Source of the DNA: Octopus vulgaris
Taxonomy: Eukaryota
Assembly (NCBI GenBank): GCA_951406725.2
Contig: OX597823.1
Span: forward strand, 86,118,001 to 86,182,000
Direction: 5' to 3'
Length of the DNA: 64,000 nt
Made by a program: the position numbers and the translations under genes. The stretch's first letter is position 1. The number at the start of each line of letters is the position of its first letter. The notes below the pieces were generated by a model. That model had not been told where the DNA came from. It made no database searches and worked only from the letters and a program-made list of their open reading frames with translations. This document shows positions 27,184 to 39,705 of this stretch, piece by piece.

Positions 27184-28981
27184 CTGAATTTTAATAAAAT
27201 ATTACACGTCATTTTACGTGAAGCTCTAATTCTCTTTCTTGCTTTTGACTCTTTACAGTTCTCCATCAACATGATACTGGCCATCCCTTTTCTTTGCGGA
27301 TCTTTTGATGAGTAAAACTCCCAAATCTTGATATATAGCTTCATTTACAATCATACGATAAAAATAAATGTTTAATCGCAGAGGCAAGTCATTGACCCTT
27401 CTCTGTATCCCTTTTCTTACTTCTGGCAATGTTGTATGCTCTACTCATCCATATTTCCAATCGCTCTCTAGCAGTGAGACTACCAAAGTAGTCAGGTAAA
27501 TTCGTTTTTCTTTCCCAATGTTATTAGAATTAACACATGAAGTATCATTATCAGAGTGCTCTGTAGTATTTTGTAGCTCTAATATTTCTGTATATTTCTT
27601 AGAATCAGGACGGTAATTTCTCCAGACAAAGCGTTGACCAGGTAGTGGAACATTGGTGAGAACTCGAGAATAATGAACGAGAATATATTATTTAGCGATT
27701 AGTTAAAAGTTTTGATGAAAAATAAGGATTAAAATAAATGGAGAAAAACACTTTATTTATTTGACAACCATGAAGCCATCATATTTGATATAGTATGTGT
27801 ATGTGTGTGTGCGTGTAGACATTTATATCTTTCATTGTGATACAGCAGACGATATATTTACAATCTGATTATTCATTAAATATTTTCATAAAGACAAACG
27901 CTTTATAAACCGACTCAACTCTTATTCATAGGGTTAAAATTTAACTATTCATTTTTTTCATACCCAATCCTACTTCCCATTGTTTTGCATGATGTAATAG
28001 GCCCTCATAGCCATAGCATCTGTCTTTAACGACTTTATCTATTTACCTACCTACCTACCATCCTACCTGCCTACCTATCTCTTTATATCCTTATATGTGT
28101 ATGTGTATGCATGCGTATACAGAAGAGAAAGAGGGGGGGAAGAGTGAGAGGTCTTTCTCTCGGTATGACAAAGAAAACAAGACAAATAAACATGCTATTA
28201 TAGTCATACAATAAGCACAATGAACGTAGTATTACTTCTCTTTCTTTCTTACTCAACGTAGCACATTCTCTTTTTGTCTATCTCTCACCGTCTCGCTCTT
28301 TTCCCCTTACTCTATATTTCTCTCTCTCTCTCTGTCTCTCTCTCTTTCTCTTCATGTTTCTATCGTCTGCTTTCTTTGTTTGTCTCACCTTCTCTTTCTC
28401 TCATTCACTGTCTCCGTATTTGCCTTTTTTTTTCTTTTTCTCTTATCTCTTTATTTTCGCCTTTCTCACACGCATACAATCACAAGGAAGCTCGTACACA
28501 ATCACACACACAAGATAGTCATTTGTCATTGTGTATTATTACTACTTGTATACACTTTTTTTTCTAAGAAACTAACAAAAAGAAGCAACAACAACAACAG
28601 CAGCAACAAAATATGCTGAACAATAAATATAAAAATGTCACACCAGCTTTCTTACGAACAAACACGAATGCTTTTCAAGCTTATTATTCTTGCAATAAGA
28701 CGGCGACAAAAATCATGTCGCGGCCAATTTACAATGAATACAGTGCAAAGTAGATACAGGCATTAAGCACAATATAGTTCTTCTTTAATAGGCATAGCTG
28801 AGAAGCAAATAAATAAAAGGAGGAGAACGTGGAAGCGGTGGTGGTGGTGGTGGAGAATAAGAAAAAAGGTGAGAGTGACAAATATTTGTTGTTCACTGGA
28901 GAAAGAAAAAAAAATTTTTAAGAAGAGCAGCAAAGCGTCACAAAAGTTTTTAGAAAGTACGGCGAAGATATACAATGACAT

Positions 28982-29039
<58 letters not shown>

Positions 29040-29074
29040 TCAACTACCATCACCACCACCACCACCACCACTAT

Positions 29075-29122
<48 letters not shown>

Positions 29123-29159
29123 CAATAATAACAATAATAATAATAATAATAAAAATAAT

Positions 29160-29790
29160 AATGTTTTCTTTATTAACTACCAAAGGTTGTCAGAGAGCAT
29201 CGATTACTGTAGGGATTTCGTAGTGTGAGATTACATAAAGCGTGTGTAAAAGAAAATAATAAAAGAAAGCAAAAAGAAAAAAAAATCAAGCAAAGAGGGG
29301 GTTCCCCTAAAGTGAGAAGACTTTCCGAGGGGTGCTCGTGGAAATCCTACAAACGCAACCATTCAAGTAAATGCCCTCTACTAGACTTTTTCTTCAAATC
29401 TACTACTCAGATATGCTTACAAAGATATGCTTGCCATTCACATCCGCCTGTCAACAGATTTATTGGACAGCAGCGTTTCACTTTCCGTCTTCACTGTTCT
29501 TTTCAAGTCAAACTTTTAAAAGTTCATAAGGGCTTGGCGGGAAAGGAAGTTGTCTTTCTTCAGGCTTTTCGATCTCGCCCACCACAAAAACTCTTTTGCC
29601 AAAGCTACCAGACAGAGCCGAAGGAAGTCGTCGAGACGATATTCAAAATTGACTCAGCTGTTAGCTGGATCCATCCGACATATGTTAGCAGCAGTTAGAC
29701 ATACTTCCCGAAGTCAGCAATGTTCGTATGCTGGACAAGTACGTGCATAATAGTTCTCTTCTCGGGAAGGCGCGGCTGACGGCACTATTT
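29160..29790 (-). mobile_element. L1/Tx1-clade LINE 3' end
   Basis: TIMHVLVQH..ADFGKYV*LLL..GWIQLTAESILNI...CLVALAKEFLWW..., homologous to the fragment at 1-232. The 3' UTR ends AATAAAGAAA followed by (ATT)n. Confidence 0.75.
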
Positions 29791-29969
29791 ATTCATTTAT
29801 TTTGTTATCCACGGGAATATTGTATTTATATGGTTCAAATGTACAGCAGACTAAAGACTAGGAGACATGTGAGGGAACAACAAGCAAGTGTATTAGTATG
29901 ATTCTTGGGAAAGACTTTGACGTTTCGAACCTACGCTCTTCGACCGAAAGGAATGAGAGTTTTTGGCTT

Positions 29970-30410
29970 CCTTTTGTCTCGGGAGTCAATGGAATTGCGC
30001 ATAAACTAATCCAGTCTGGTTTTACATTTCATGTCCTCTTCAATTTCCTCTCCAGTTTTGCGCAGGCCTGGGCTAGAAGTAAGAAAATCCTGGGTAGCCC
30101 AAACGTCAGGCTTCCTCTCTCCACCTTGCTGGCGTAGTCTAAAAGAGTGCAGAGTATTACATTTGGCACCAGCTTGGTTGCAGGAGCTGCCGGAAGAGTG
30201 TCGAGTCGAACAATAAACCGCCTGCGGGCCTCCACTCCGGATTTCATTGAAGGTTGTCTCCTTTCTGTAACCCTGGATACGGGCCCATACCGGATACTGT
30301 CAGCCGGAGCCAGCTGAGCCCGGGACTCGTGTCAGACAGGATCGTCACTCTCTGAAGTAGTGAAGAAAATCGCTACCCACTACCTAAAGGAATGGGAGTA
30401 CATTGGGGAT
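29970..30410 (-). mobile_element. Probable L1/Tx1 ORF1 N-terminal fragment
   Basis: GC-richer, partly open frame (MKSGVEARRRFIVRL...LLDYASKVE...VKPDWI), same orientation as the adjacent LINE 3' end. Family assignment is inferred. Confidence 0.45.
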
Positions 30411-30990
30411 TATATGTGCTTATACATTATTTGTTGGTTGTGATGTCGTCATTGTGAATAATATTTGTGCGTTGATGTATATAATTCATTAATTCTTTGT
30501 TGTTTTTGTTTGTTACTGTGTAGTTGAAGCTTATTTTAGCTGTAGTTGTTCTTGTTGGCTTAGGCGTGAACTAGGTTGTGTTCGAGTCAGCTGTCTGGTT
30601 TTCTTCTTGGGATGGAGTGGTTTGTTGTTATCTGTGATGATACAGTTGCTGTTGGTACTTTCTTTAATGCTTCTCCTTTCAAAATTTTCGGATTTTTGTG
30701 CAGAAAAATTAGTTTTGTACAGTTTTTTGTTTATATTTATCTAGTTTCTCAGGAAGACAATTTCTTATTGTTCCTCTGTCGTTTTCGTTACACGAAATAT
30801 CTGAAATATCTGAATGTGGGAGGGTTATGCCTTGCATTGTTATATTGTGGGATTTTGCTGCTGATATTGGCGATGTTCTTCCTGTTGCTATTGTTGCGCT
30901 GCTAATGTTGTTACAGTCTCTGCTGCTGTTGTTTGTTTGTTTTACTAGTGTCGTTGTTTGCGCTTTTGCCGCTGTTGCTGCAGACACGAC

Positions 30991-31121
30991 TTGCCTTTCA
31001 TCCTTTCGGGGTCGATTAAATAAGTACCAGCTACGCACTGGGGTCGATATAATTGACTTAATCCGTTTGTCTGTCCTTGTTTATCCCTTCTGTATTTAGC
31101 CCCTTGTGGGTAGTAAAGAAA
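30991..31121 (+). mobile_element. SINE family B, 3' half
   Basis: TTGCCTTTCATCCTTTCGGGGTCG...GCCCCTTGTGGGTAGTAAAGAAAT. Confidence 0.88.
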
Positions 31122-31144
31122 TATATTTATGCTGCTACTGCTGT

Positions 31145-31196
<52 letters not shown>

Positions 31197-31239
31197 GTTG
31201 TTGTTGCTGTTAAGCAACAAGACGGGTAAGGGTGATTAG

Positions 31240-31650
31240 GTTATGGTCTAGGGCTTAGGGGCGGGAGACCCAAGACCTTGGAAAAAAATAACTTTGGTTG
31301 TCTTGTTGTAGTCGAGGGCTCTTCGTTGATGCCCGACACCACTGGTAGGGAGCCCTCGAAGTCGCTGGAAATGGAGATCTCCATGTCCAAATTCTTGAAC
31401 AGCTGCTGCTACTGCTGCCTTTACCCTTATTTTTAATGGTGTTGCTGCAGTGGTAATGGCATCAGCAGTATTGGATAGAAGAGCTTTCATTCTCGCTACT
31501 TTGCAACGGACAGACAGCCTTTAGGTGGTCTGTGTCATCGCATAAATGCCACCCCGACATTCTGTCCTGAACTGCCTTGAAAAGTTGCGGTCATAAGGTC
31601 TGGGATGACTTCCATGTTTCCCTGACCTGTTTGGATGAACAGCTTTATAC
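31240..31650 (-). mobile_element. LINE ORF1 fragment with decayed zinc knuckle
   Basis: ...EVIPDL...WHLCDDTDHLKAVCP, a Cx2Cx4Hx4C knuckle with the first Cys mutated. Confidence 0.55.
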
Positions 31651-32204
31651 ATACACCCGACCTTTCTTTCTATTTTGAAATATGAGATCATGCAATATAT
31701 TCATTCTTATTTCTGTATCGAACAAAACGGCACCAATTTGCTGGTAGACGCCTATTTTTGGGATCGCATCCAAGATTCATTTTATTCCCCTCCACTCGAG
31801 GCAGATCACGCTACTTCCTCTCCATCAGTATGACTTTATTCCCTTCCTCTCTATCAATCTGTCTCACTGTGTATACACACACACACATATTATTAGCACT
31901 AAAAAGGATTAATAATGCCGAAACATAGTCACTGGTTTTAAACATTAGTTCTGCACCAGTCTACATTGTATATATATTTTCTGATGTTCTTGCAGTCCTT
32001 CCACTTTATTTTAAAATTTTGAAGAAGACATGGGGCAACTTTTGTCAAATAATTGTTTGGGTGGTCACAAAAGGACAGTCAAGTCACTGTACTATATATG
32101 GGATACATACGTGAAACCTTGCTGCAATGTGTACAGTTGTTGTCGTTTATTATAATCAAATATAAGTCTATGGACCAACTATTGTGATTAAAGTGAGGGT
32201 ACCA

Positions 32205-32610
32205 AATATTGGCGATTTTTCGATTTGACTCGGAATAAGGTAAACAATGAATTCGGTGATTTTCCGTGACCACCTGTTGTCATGTCAATTGTCAGTTTCG
32301 AAGAGAAAGCTAATGGGTCGGGCGTGTGTGCTTGTTCCTGTGTGTGTGTCTGTGCATGTTTGTTCCTCTGTGTTATTTCTACATTCCACAACATATAAAT
32401 ACAAAAAAAAAAACAACAACAGAACAGACACACACATACACAGAAGAACAAGCACGCACACACACAAACACACATAGGAACAAGCACGCACGCACAACAC
32501 ATTAGCTTTCTCTTCCAAACTGACAATTGACAAGACAACATGTGGTCACGGAATTCACCGATTTAAATGTTTATATTATTTCGAGTCAAAACGAAAGATC
32601 GCCCAAATAT
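32205..32610. mobile_element. Foldback MITE with ~165 bp inverted arms
   Basis: 32205-32372 is the imperfect reverse complement of ~32436-32610. Confidence 0.85.
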
Positions 32611-32679
32611 CTTATGTGCTTAATATTATCCTCCAGTTTAAGGAGCGAACTGACAGAACTATTAGTTCGTCTCTATGCA

Positions 32680-33350
32680 CTTTGTCCGGAGTGCTAACGA
32701 TCCAACCAGCCCACCGTCTTGTGAATAATTACAATAATAATAATTCTTTCAGATCAGAAATTTAGAAGAAAGGGGTTTACTCGATTACATCGGTCCCAGT
32801 CCTTTTCTGGTACTTTATTTTATCGACCTCGAAAGGACAGAAGTTAACATTGATGAGATTTGAAATCGTAGTCACAACATTACCAACAACAACAAACAAT
32901 AATAATAATAATCCTTTCTACTGTAGGCAGAAGGCTTGTAATTTTGGTGGAAGGGGCTAGTCGATTACGTCGACCCCAGCGCGTAACTGGTACTTAGTTC
33001 ATTGACTCCAAAAGAAATGAAAGGGAAAGTCGCACTCGACAGGATTTGAACTCAAAATGTAAAGGCGGACGAAATGCCGCTAAGCATTTTGCCCAGCGCA
33101 CTAACGATTCTGCCAGATGCCGCTTTAGAAATGACGATGATGATAATAATAATAATAATAATAATAATAATCCTTTCTACTACACGTACAAGGCCTGAAA
33201 TTTTGAGGGGATCGTGTCAATAAAATACATTGACCCCAGGATGACAGGTAAAGTTGACCTCGATGGAATTTGAACTCAGAACGTAGGAACGAGCGAATGC
33301 CGGTAAGCAGTCTGCCTGGCGTGGTAACGATTGTGTCAGCTCACCGCCTT
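32680..33350 (-). mobile_element. Three to four old SINE family B copies in (TAA)n context
   Basis: Family B motifs at ~32750-32870, 32910-33125 and 33170-33350. Confidence 0.75.
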
Positions 33351-34019
33351 AACAATAAAAATGGTATTTTATATAAAGCGTGATTGTATGCAAGCATATT
33401 TGAGCAGAATTATTTGCTTGAATAATTTAATTTACCTGTTGTTGAATAAGAATACTTCAAAATATTATTACATTTTATTCAACTATGTTTATTACTCAGT
33501 GAGAACACACCTATAACTTAAACAATACTTTTCTGAAGCTTATTCGTTTTATGTTTCCCACACCCATGTATAGGTACACACCTACATCCCTGATTTTTAA
33601 TAAGCAAATTTTTGTTTAAAATATCAAACTATTTTTAAATAATGTCATATTGCTACTAACACTCTATCTTAAAGACAGCGTTTAGCAAAATCATTAGATT
33701 TTATAAAGATGAGAATATATATTTCTGTATAGGAGTATATGGCAAAACGTAAAAAAAAAATAAATACATTAAGCTGTGAGAAAGAATGACAGAGGAAGGG
33801 TTGAGAGACACTGGGATTGAAAAGTTCTCGTTAGACAGAAATATTATTTGTCAATCAAGCTCCAGAATACTTACGATAAACGCCTTCCTGCCGTGACTAT
33901 CCGTCTTCTATGTCAATCTCTAAGTACGCTTGCTTTTCTAAAACGTTTATTACAGAAAAAAACAACTTGCAGACCGAATAACACATACACACACACACAC
34001 ATGAGTATATATATATAAC

Positions 34020-34495
34020 TTATAAAATAAGGGCAAAAGAAAAATCCTAATGCCAAATATGCCGAAAAAAAGACAAAATTGTCAATAACCATTTTAATTT
34101 ATGCGTCTCGAAACAAGCCGATAGAAATCACTAAAAAATCCGTTATTACCGTATTGGTCCCAATTTCGGGGTTAATTCATATGAATTTTCCCCTCTTCAG
34201 CGATAAATACGTAAGACATAAATGAAATACTTACTCATACCCACGGAAAAAGCAAGCACTAAGTCCTGAGCAGACCTAAGTACCCCAAATATATAGTTGT
34301 AAATTTAAGTGTTCACTTCCGGATTCTCTCACTCTGTGAAAGTTTCTAGTTCGAATCACACGTGTCTCGAAATGTGCCGAAGATTTTCTATTTTGGATAT
34401 ATTTGGGGTACTTCGGTCTGCTCAGGACTTAGTGCTTGCTTTTTCCATGGGTATGAGTAAGTATTTCATTTATGTCTTACGTATTTATTATATAT
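34020..34495. mobile_element. Penelope-like terminal-repeat remnant with inverted partial copy
   Basis: 34203-34293 is inverted at 34398-34488. The first ~80 bp recur at 40539-40702. Contains a hammerhead and is TA-flanked. Confidence 0.75.
34141..34211 (-). ncRNA. Type I hammerhead ribozyme, intact core
   Basis: TTATCG-CTGAAGA-GGGG[AAAATTCATATGAATTAA]CCCC-GAAA-TTGG[GA]CCAA-TA-CGGTAA. All three helices and the conserved CUGANGA/GAAA/UH nucleotides are present. Confidence 0.88.
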
Positions 34496-34505
34496 CCATA
34501 TATAG

Positions 34506-34592
<87 letters not shown>

Positions 34593-34750
34593 CATACATA
34601 TATATGTGCATGTATATACATATACATATATATATACATATAGACATACATGCATATATATATATATATGCATTTATATATATGCATGCATGTCTATATG
34701 TATATATATAAATATGCATATATATATATATGAATGTATATATATATATA

Positions 34751-34827
<77 letters not shown>

Positions 34828-35470
34828 TAAAATCACAATAAGAGTGAAAAAACTTGAATACTAATTAATAATATCAATTTAAAACACCAAGTGGCCTAGC
34901 GTAAAAAAACTGGGATACACCAAAAATTATTAATACAAGTAATAAGAGAGAGACCACATGTGGTCACTCTAACGCTAGAAATAGATCCGCAAAGGGAATC
35001 GACCACTAAAGAATTGTTCTCAATCATTAGTTCAACACGCCAAGAATGTAAGCGGGCAGGACAAATGAAAAATAACGAAAAAATATATTAACTCTATACA
35101 ATTGTTTCATCGTTAATAGATTGTGTAATTTTACTTACATAATCATTTTCGAATCCTCAGTAGAGTATATCAAAAATATAATTTGCTGAACCGAACGCCA
35201 AAATCCATACGAAGCCGAGCAAAGGCGAACGGCACAGCCGATTGTATTTGCAGTTACATTCAAATATCCTCATTTTTGGCGCGTTGAAAATACCGGATGT
35301 AAATACTACCCCAGTAATTTACTACCGGTTTGAGAACATATTAATTTATAATTAAAATCACAATAAGGGTGAAAAAAATTGAATATTAATAAATAATATC
35401 AATTTAAAACACCAAGCGACCTAGCGTAAAAAAACTGGGATACAGTAAAAATTATTAATACAAGTAATAA
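34828..35470. mobile_element. 525-bp unit bounded by 118-bp direct repeats, containing a hammerhead (Penelope pLTR- or retrozyme-like)
   Basis: 34828-34945 is repeated at 35353-35470. Confidence 0.75.
35091..35166 (-). ncRNA. Type I hammerhead ribozyme
   Basis: ACTCTA-CTGAGGA-TTCG...CGAT-GAAAC-AATT-GTA-TAGAGT. Perfect 6-bp helix I, palindromic helix III, GUA cleavage site. Confidence 0.85.
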
Positions 35471-35771
35471 TGTTCAATAGGACTGAACCCGGAACCATGT
35501 GGTTGGTTAGCTAGCTACTTACCACACAGCCACTCCTGCGCCTATTTAGATACTTATTTATGTAAGCATGAATTTATATATGTATGTATGTATGCCTTTG
35601 TATGTGTGTATGTACGTCATAGTTTTCATTTAAAATAGCTTCACCTTCATTAATTATGATGAAAATAATTATCGTTAATCTCAGACAAGCACCGTATAGT
35701 ATTTTTTTGAAAACCAGTTCTTTAAAGAGCTGTACACTTTGAAAAATGATAAAACGTAGGAAGAATTGATT

Positions 35772-35838
<67 letters not shown>

Positions 35839-35859
35839 CTCTTCAACACTCTCAATGTC

Positions 35860-36255
35860 TTCTATAGATATTGAAAATGTGCGGATTAAGACTTTGCTAA
35901 CTTGTGGTGTTAGCGAAATTACAGCATGTGAAGAGAGTTGATGAGCTTTGTCTCCAGCCGATAGCCACGACGACAATGATATCAAAATTCTTTTGTACCT
36001 CGTCTTTTGTACCTATCAATGGACGTCAAGTGACGTTACCCATACTGTTATTGCTGCTGCTGCTGCAGCTACTGTTCTTGCTACTGCAGCTGTTGCTGCT
36101 GTTGTTATGTTTGTTTTTGTTAATAAAGCACGGGTAATCCACCGTTCAGGAGAGTTTCCATCGAAGGCAGTCCAGTGGTGACAACTCCACCATTTTTTCT
36201 TCCGAGCCGTATGCATCGAGGACAATATTGTCCAATCTGCTCGTTCCCTTTATAG
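35860..36255 (-). pseudogene. Exon remnant of a Cys-loop receptor-like gene (beta9/loop C to TM1-TM2)
   Basis: Acceptor ...ATACTGCAG|. Removing 2 nt gives YKGNADWTILSSMHTARKKKWWSC (compare Y..N.EW.IL....R....Y.CC). Further on, ILISLSSWLSAGDK at ~35947-35988 (compare L..LSFWLP..GEK). Frameshifts and a CAG-type microsatellite interrupt it. Confidence 0.6.
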
Positions 36256-36286
36256 CTGCAGTATATGATATGAGGGAAATTTATCT

Positions 36287-36822
36287 TATTTCTTTACTTC
36301 AGGGTAAACACAGAGGACAAACAAGGACAGACAACGGATACTACTTATTTAATCGACACCAAAAGGATGAAAGCAAAGTCGACCTGACGGAATTTGAACT
36401 CACAAGGGGAAATACCTAATTACCCACCAGGGCTAAACACAGAGAGGACAAACAAGGACAGACAAACGGATTAAGTCGATTATATCGACCCCAGTGCGTA
36501 ACTGGTACTTATTCAATCGACACCAAAAGGATGAAAGGCAAAGTCGACCTTGACGGAATTTGAACTCAGAACGTAGAGGCAGACGAAATACCTATTTCTT
36601 TATTACCCACCAGGGGCTAAACACAGAGGGGACAAACAAGGACAGACATAGGTATTAAGTCGATTACATCGACCCCAGTGCGTAACTGGTACTTATTTAA
36701 TCGACACCGAAAGGATGAAAGGCAAAGTTTACCTCGACGGAATTTGAACTCACAACGTAACGCAGACGAAATACCGCTAAGCATTTCGTCCGACGTGCTA
36801 ACGATTCTGCCAGCTCGCCGCC
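36287..36822 (-). mobile_element. SINE family B head-to-tail trimer with 18-bp TSD
   Basis: One head plus three ~180-bp body units. TATGAGGGAA(A/T)TTTATCT at ~36270-36287 and 36823-36840. Confidence 0.9.
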
Positions 36823-36928
36823 TATGAGGGAATTTTATCTACTAAATTTAGCAAGTCGAACAAAGACATAGTCACACCCACTGACTCACCAAATTTCCTC
36901 CATGACAGATGATTTTCTTATGTTTCGA

Positions 36929-37123
36929 CTTACTTTTACTTGTTTCAATCATTTGACTGCGGCCAAGCTGGATCACCGCCTTCAGTCGATCAAATCGAAC
37001 CCGTGACTTATTCTTTGTAAGCCCAGTACTTATTCTATCGGTCTCTTTTGCTGAATCGCTAGGTGACGGGGACGTAAACACACCAGCATCAGTTGTCAAG
37101 ACACACACACGTACACACACACA

Positions 37124-37165
<42 letters not shown>

Positions 37166-37333
37166 TATATACGACGGGCTTCTTTCAGTTTCCGTCTACC
37201 AAATCCACTCACAAGGCTTTGGTCGGCCCGAGGCTATAGTAGAAGACACTTACCCAAGATGCCAGGCAGTGGGACCCAACCTGGAACCATGTGGTTGGTA
37301 AGCCAGCTACTTACCACACAGCCACTCTTGAGC
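36929..37333 (-). mobile_element. SINE family A
   Basis: Matches the other family A copies. Confidence 0.9.
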
Positions 37334-39172
37334 ATTAATCAAAAAAATAATAAAATCAAAGAACTAGTAGCTCATGTTACTCTAACGTTATTAGTAACAG
37401 TTCCTACTCTGCTCTTGAACTCATTGGAAAACAAGTGACGTCACCGGATTCGGCTGGCTACAGTTTTCTCTACATCTGCTCGTATGATATTGCCCCCTCT
37501 CTTGTCAGTTATGAATGTTCTGCACCATGTAGCTTTCATTCTCTCTCTCTCTCTCTCACACTCTTTCTTTTCCCTCTCCTTACTGTCCATTTGAAAGCTA
37601 TTTTAGAATGGCCTTATTCTGGTAACCGGAGTATATGAGCTGTTAGTATTAATTTTCGTTCTGTGATGATTTCTTAAAGTAATCTGGTATTGGCTCCTTT
37701 AGGAAGTTTTCATTGCCAGTATGGTCTCGGAATTCTTCTGAAGCATTTTTTGGTAGAGCACATCTAGCTCTGTGCATATATTCACTATACTCTATATCTA
37801 TATTTTTTATTCTGACCAATTTCTTTAAACGAAATTTGTCTAATTTTCATAGACTGATATTCGCCTCTTTCCGTGAATTAATGTCGGCTACATTTCGTAG
37901 AATGATCTTCAGCAGTTTCCATGTTTTAGTGGCTATTAGTTTTGTGAATTCCACTATTTCCTACGAATTGGTGTCAGCCTGTTTTGATTGAGTGCTGATT
38001 ACATTCTGTGAATTATATTCGTCACTTACCGTGAATTTAGTTTCAATCAATGGATTGATATTTGCTAGTTTCCATGAACTGAAGTCTCAAGAGAATACCA
38101 TTTAAGTGTTCAAAAATATACGTGGATTAAAGTGAAACGTTAGCTTTTTAACCAGTAACATTTGGCGACATAAGTAAAAGTGATTTTAAGCTTATAGCAT
38201 AGCTCAAGCTGTGACCTTCCTTCATGTTTCTTAGGTGTTTATTTAATACCAGCAACACAATAACAACACACAAAAGAGCATAAAAAGTGTGAAAATGAGA
38301 GAGAAAAAAAGCATGCATATTGTATTGTGTGCAGTTGCTGTTGAGTGCTATGAAAAAAACCTGTTGATTTGGATACGTCATAGCTGAATAACTTATAAAA
38401 TGGAAGTTTGGGAGTTTTATTACAACATAGAATTTTAAACAGCTTATCTTGTGAAAAGAAAATAGTTTCAAATATCCGGTTCGACATTGTAAACACCTTA
38501 ATATGATATCTTTTCTATTTATGTTCACAGTTTATGTCTTTTGCTTTTTTACAGTGAAAGAAATGTAGGGCGATAGCTTTTATTGACGTGTTTGTCCGTC
38601 CTATTGTCATTTTAATTAGGTTTATATAAGGTTGTGAGTGAGCGACACGGTAGAGCGCGTTGATAAAATGACTTGCGGGTTTCTGGTTACACCCTTTTTG
38701 TGTTTGGCGTTTATATCCCGCTGGGTGCAGCTTTGCTTTCCAATCCTCTCTCCTCGGTGAAGTAAGTACTCATTTTATACTCGTTTTCGGTTCGATCGAC
38801 TCTATCTGTTATGTGGAAATTTAAACAAAAGTTAGTTTAGAATAATATCTCGAAGTGACCAGTGGCATGCATTTGAACTATGTAGACAAATAAAGGTATA
38901 TCAAATAGCATAAAACATAAAGTCTTGGTTTATTAAGTGTTATCTCCGCCCTTAGAAGATATAATTACCAAAGATTATAATTTGCAAATAAAATTAAGAG
39001 TGCGAATGCAATATGCTCTCAAGATTCGAACATTTTCCAACGATGACCTGCTGTTAAGGAACAGGACAAGGCTGTTGTCAGGAGATGAGAAAACAACAGC
39101 CAAGGACACGTGTTTCTGCCTCAAAAGCCGTCAACAGCATGACAAATTACCGACGTTATCACCAATATTACT

Positions 39173-39404
39173 ATTTACTCTTTTACTTGTTTTAGTCATT
39201 TGACTGCGGCCATGCTGGAGCACCGCCTTTAGTCGAACAAATCGACCCAGAACTTATTCTTTGGAAGCCTAGTACTTATTCTATCGGGCTCTTTTGCCAA
39301 ACCGTTTAGTTACGGGGACGTAAACACGCTACCATCGGTTGTCAAGCGATGTTGGGGAGACAAACACAGACACACAAACATATGCACACACATACATACA
39401 TACA

Positions 39405-39446
<42 letters not shown>

Positions 39447-39560
39447 TATATATACGAGGGCTTCTTTCAGTTTCCATCTACCAAATCCACTCACAAGTCT
39501 TTGGTCGGCCCGAGGCTATAGTAGAAGACACTTACCCAAGGTGCCACGCAGTGGGAATGA
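39173..39560 (-). mobile_element. SINE family A (head truncated)
   Basis: Matches the other family A copies. Confidence 0.9.
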
Positions 39561-39705
39561 ACTCATTTCTGTTGCACGCATTCTTAGTGTCATTGTCAGG
39601 TTTTGCTTTGATTTTCCATATTAAGAAATCAACCCACAAAACCTTCCAACAAACACAATTGAAATCCCCCAAATCATAATTTTGTTGGTAAATGTATTTA
39701 CTAAT

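Noticed and set aside
27259-27495. Two plus-strand exon-like pieces separated by a 70-nt intron
   Set aside because: Weak second acceptor and first donor, no homology recognised; compatible with chance.
36120-36255. Open terminal-exon reading YKGNEQIGQYCPRCIRLGRK...VLY* (neuropeptide-like GRK, or a CxxC deaminase-like motif with upstream NCAD)
   Set aside because: A 2-nt frameshift gives a much better, collinear match to Cys-loop receptor motifs, so CPRC and GRK are probably off-frame coincidences.
36287-36822. CRISPR-like or retrozyme array
   Set aside because: The units are SINE bodies without unique spacers or a hammerhead core, and the context is eukaryotic.
38030-38078. 49-nt minus exon candidate with GTAAGT donor as the middle receptor exon
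   Set aside because: It lies in a degenerate periodic repeat and would put an immediate TAA in the next exon.
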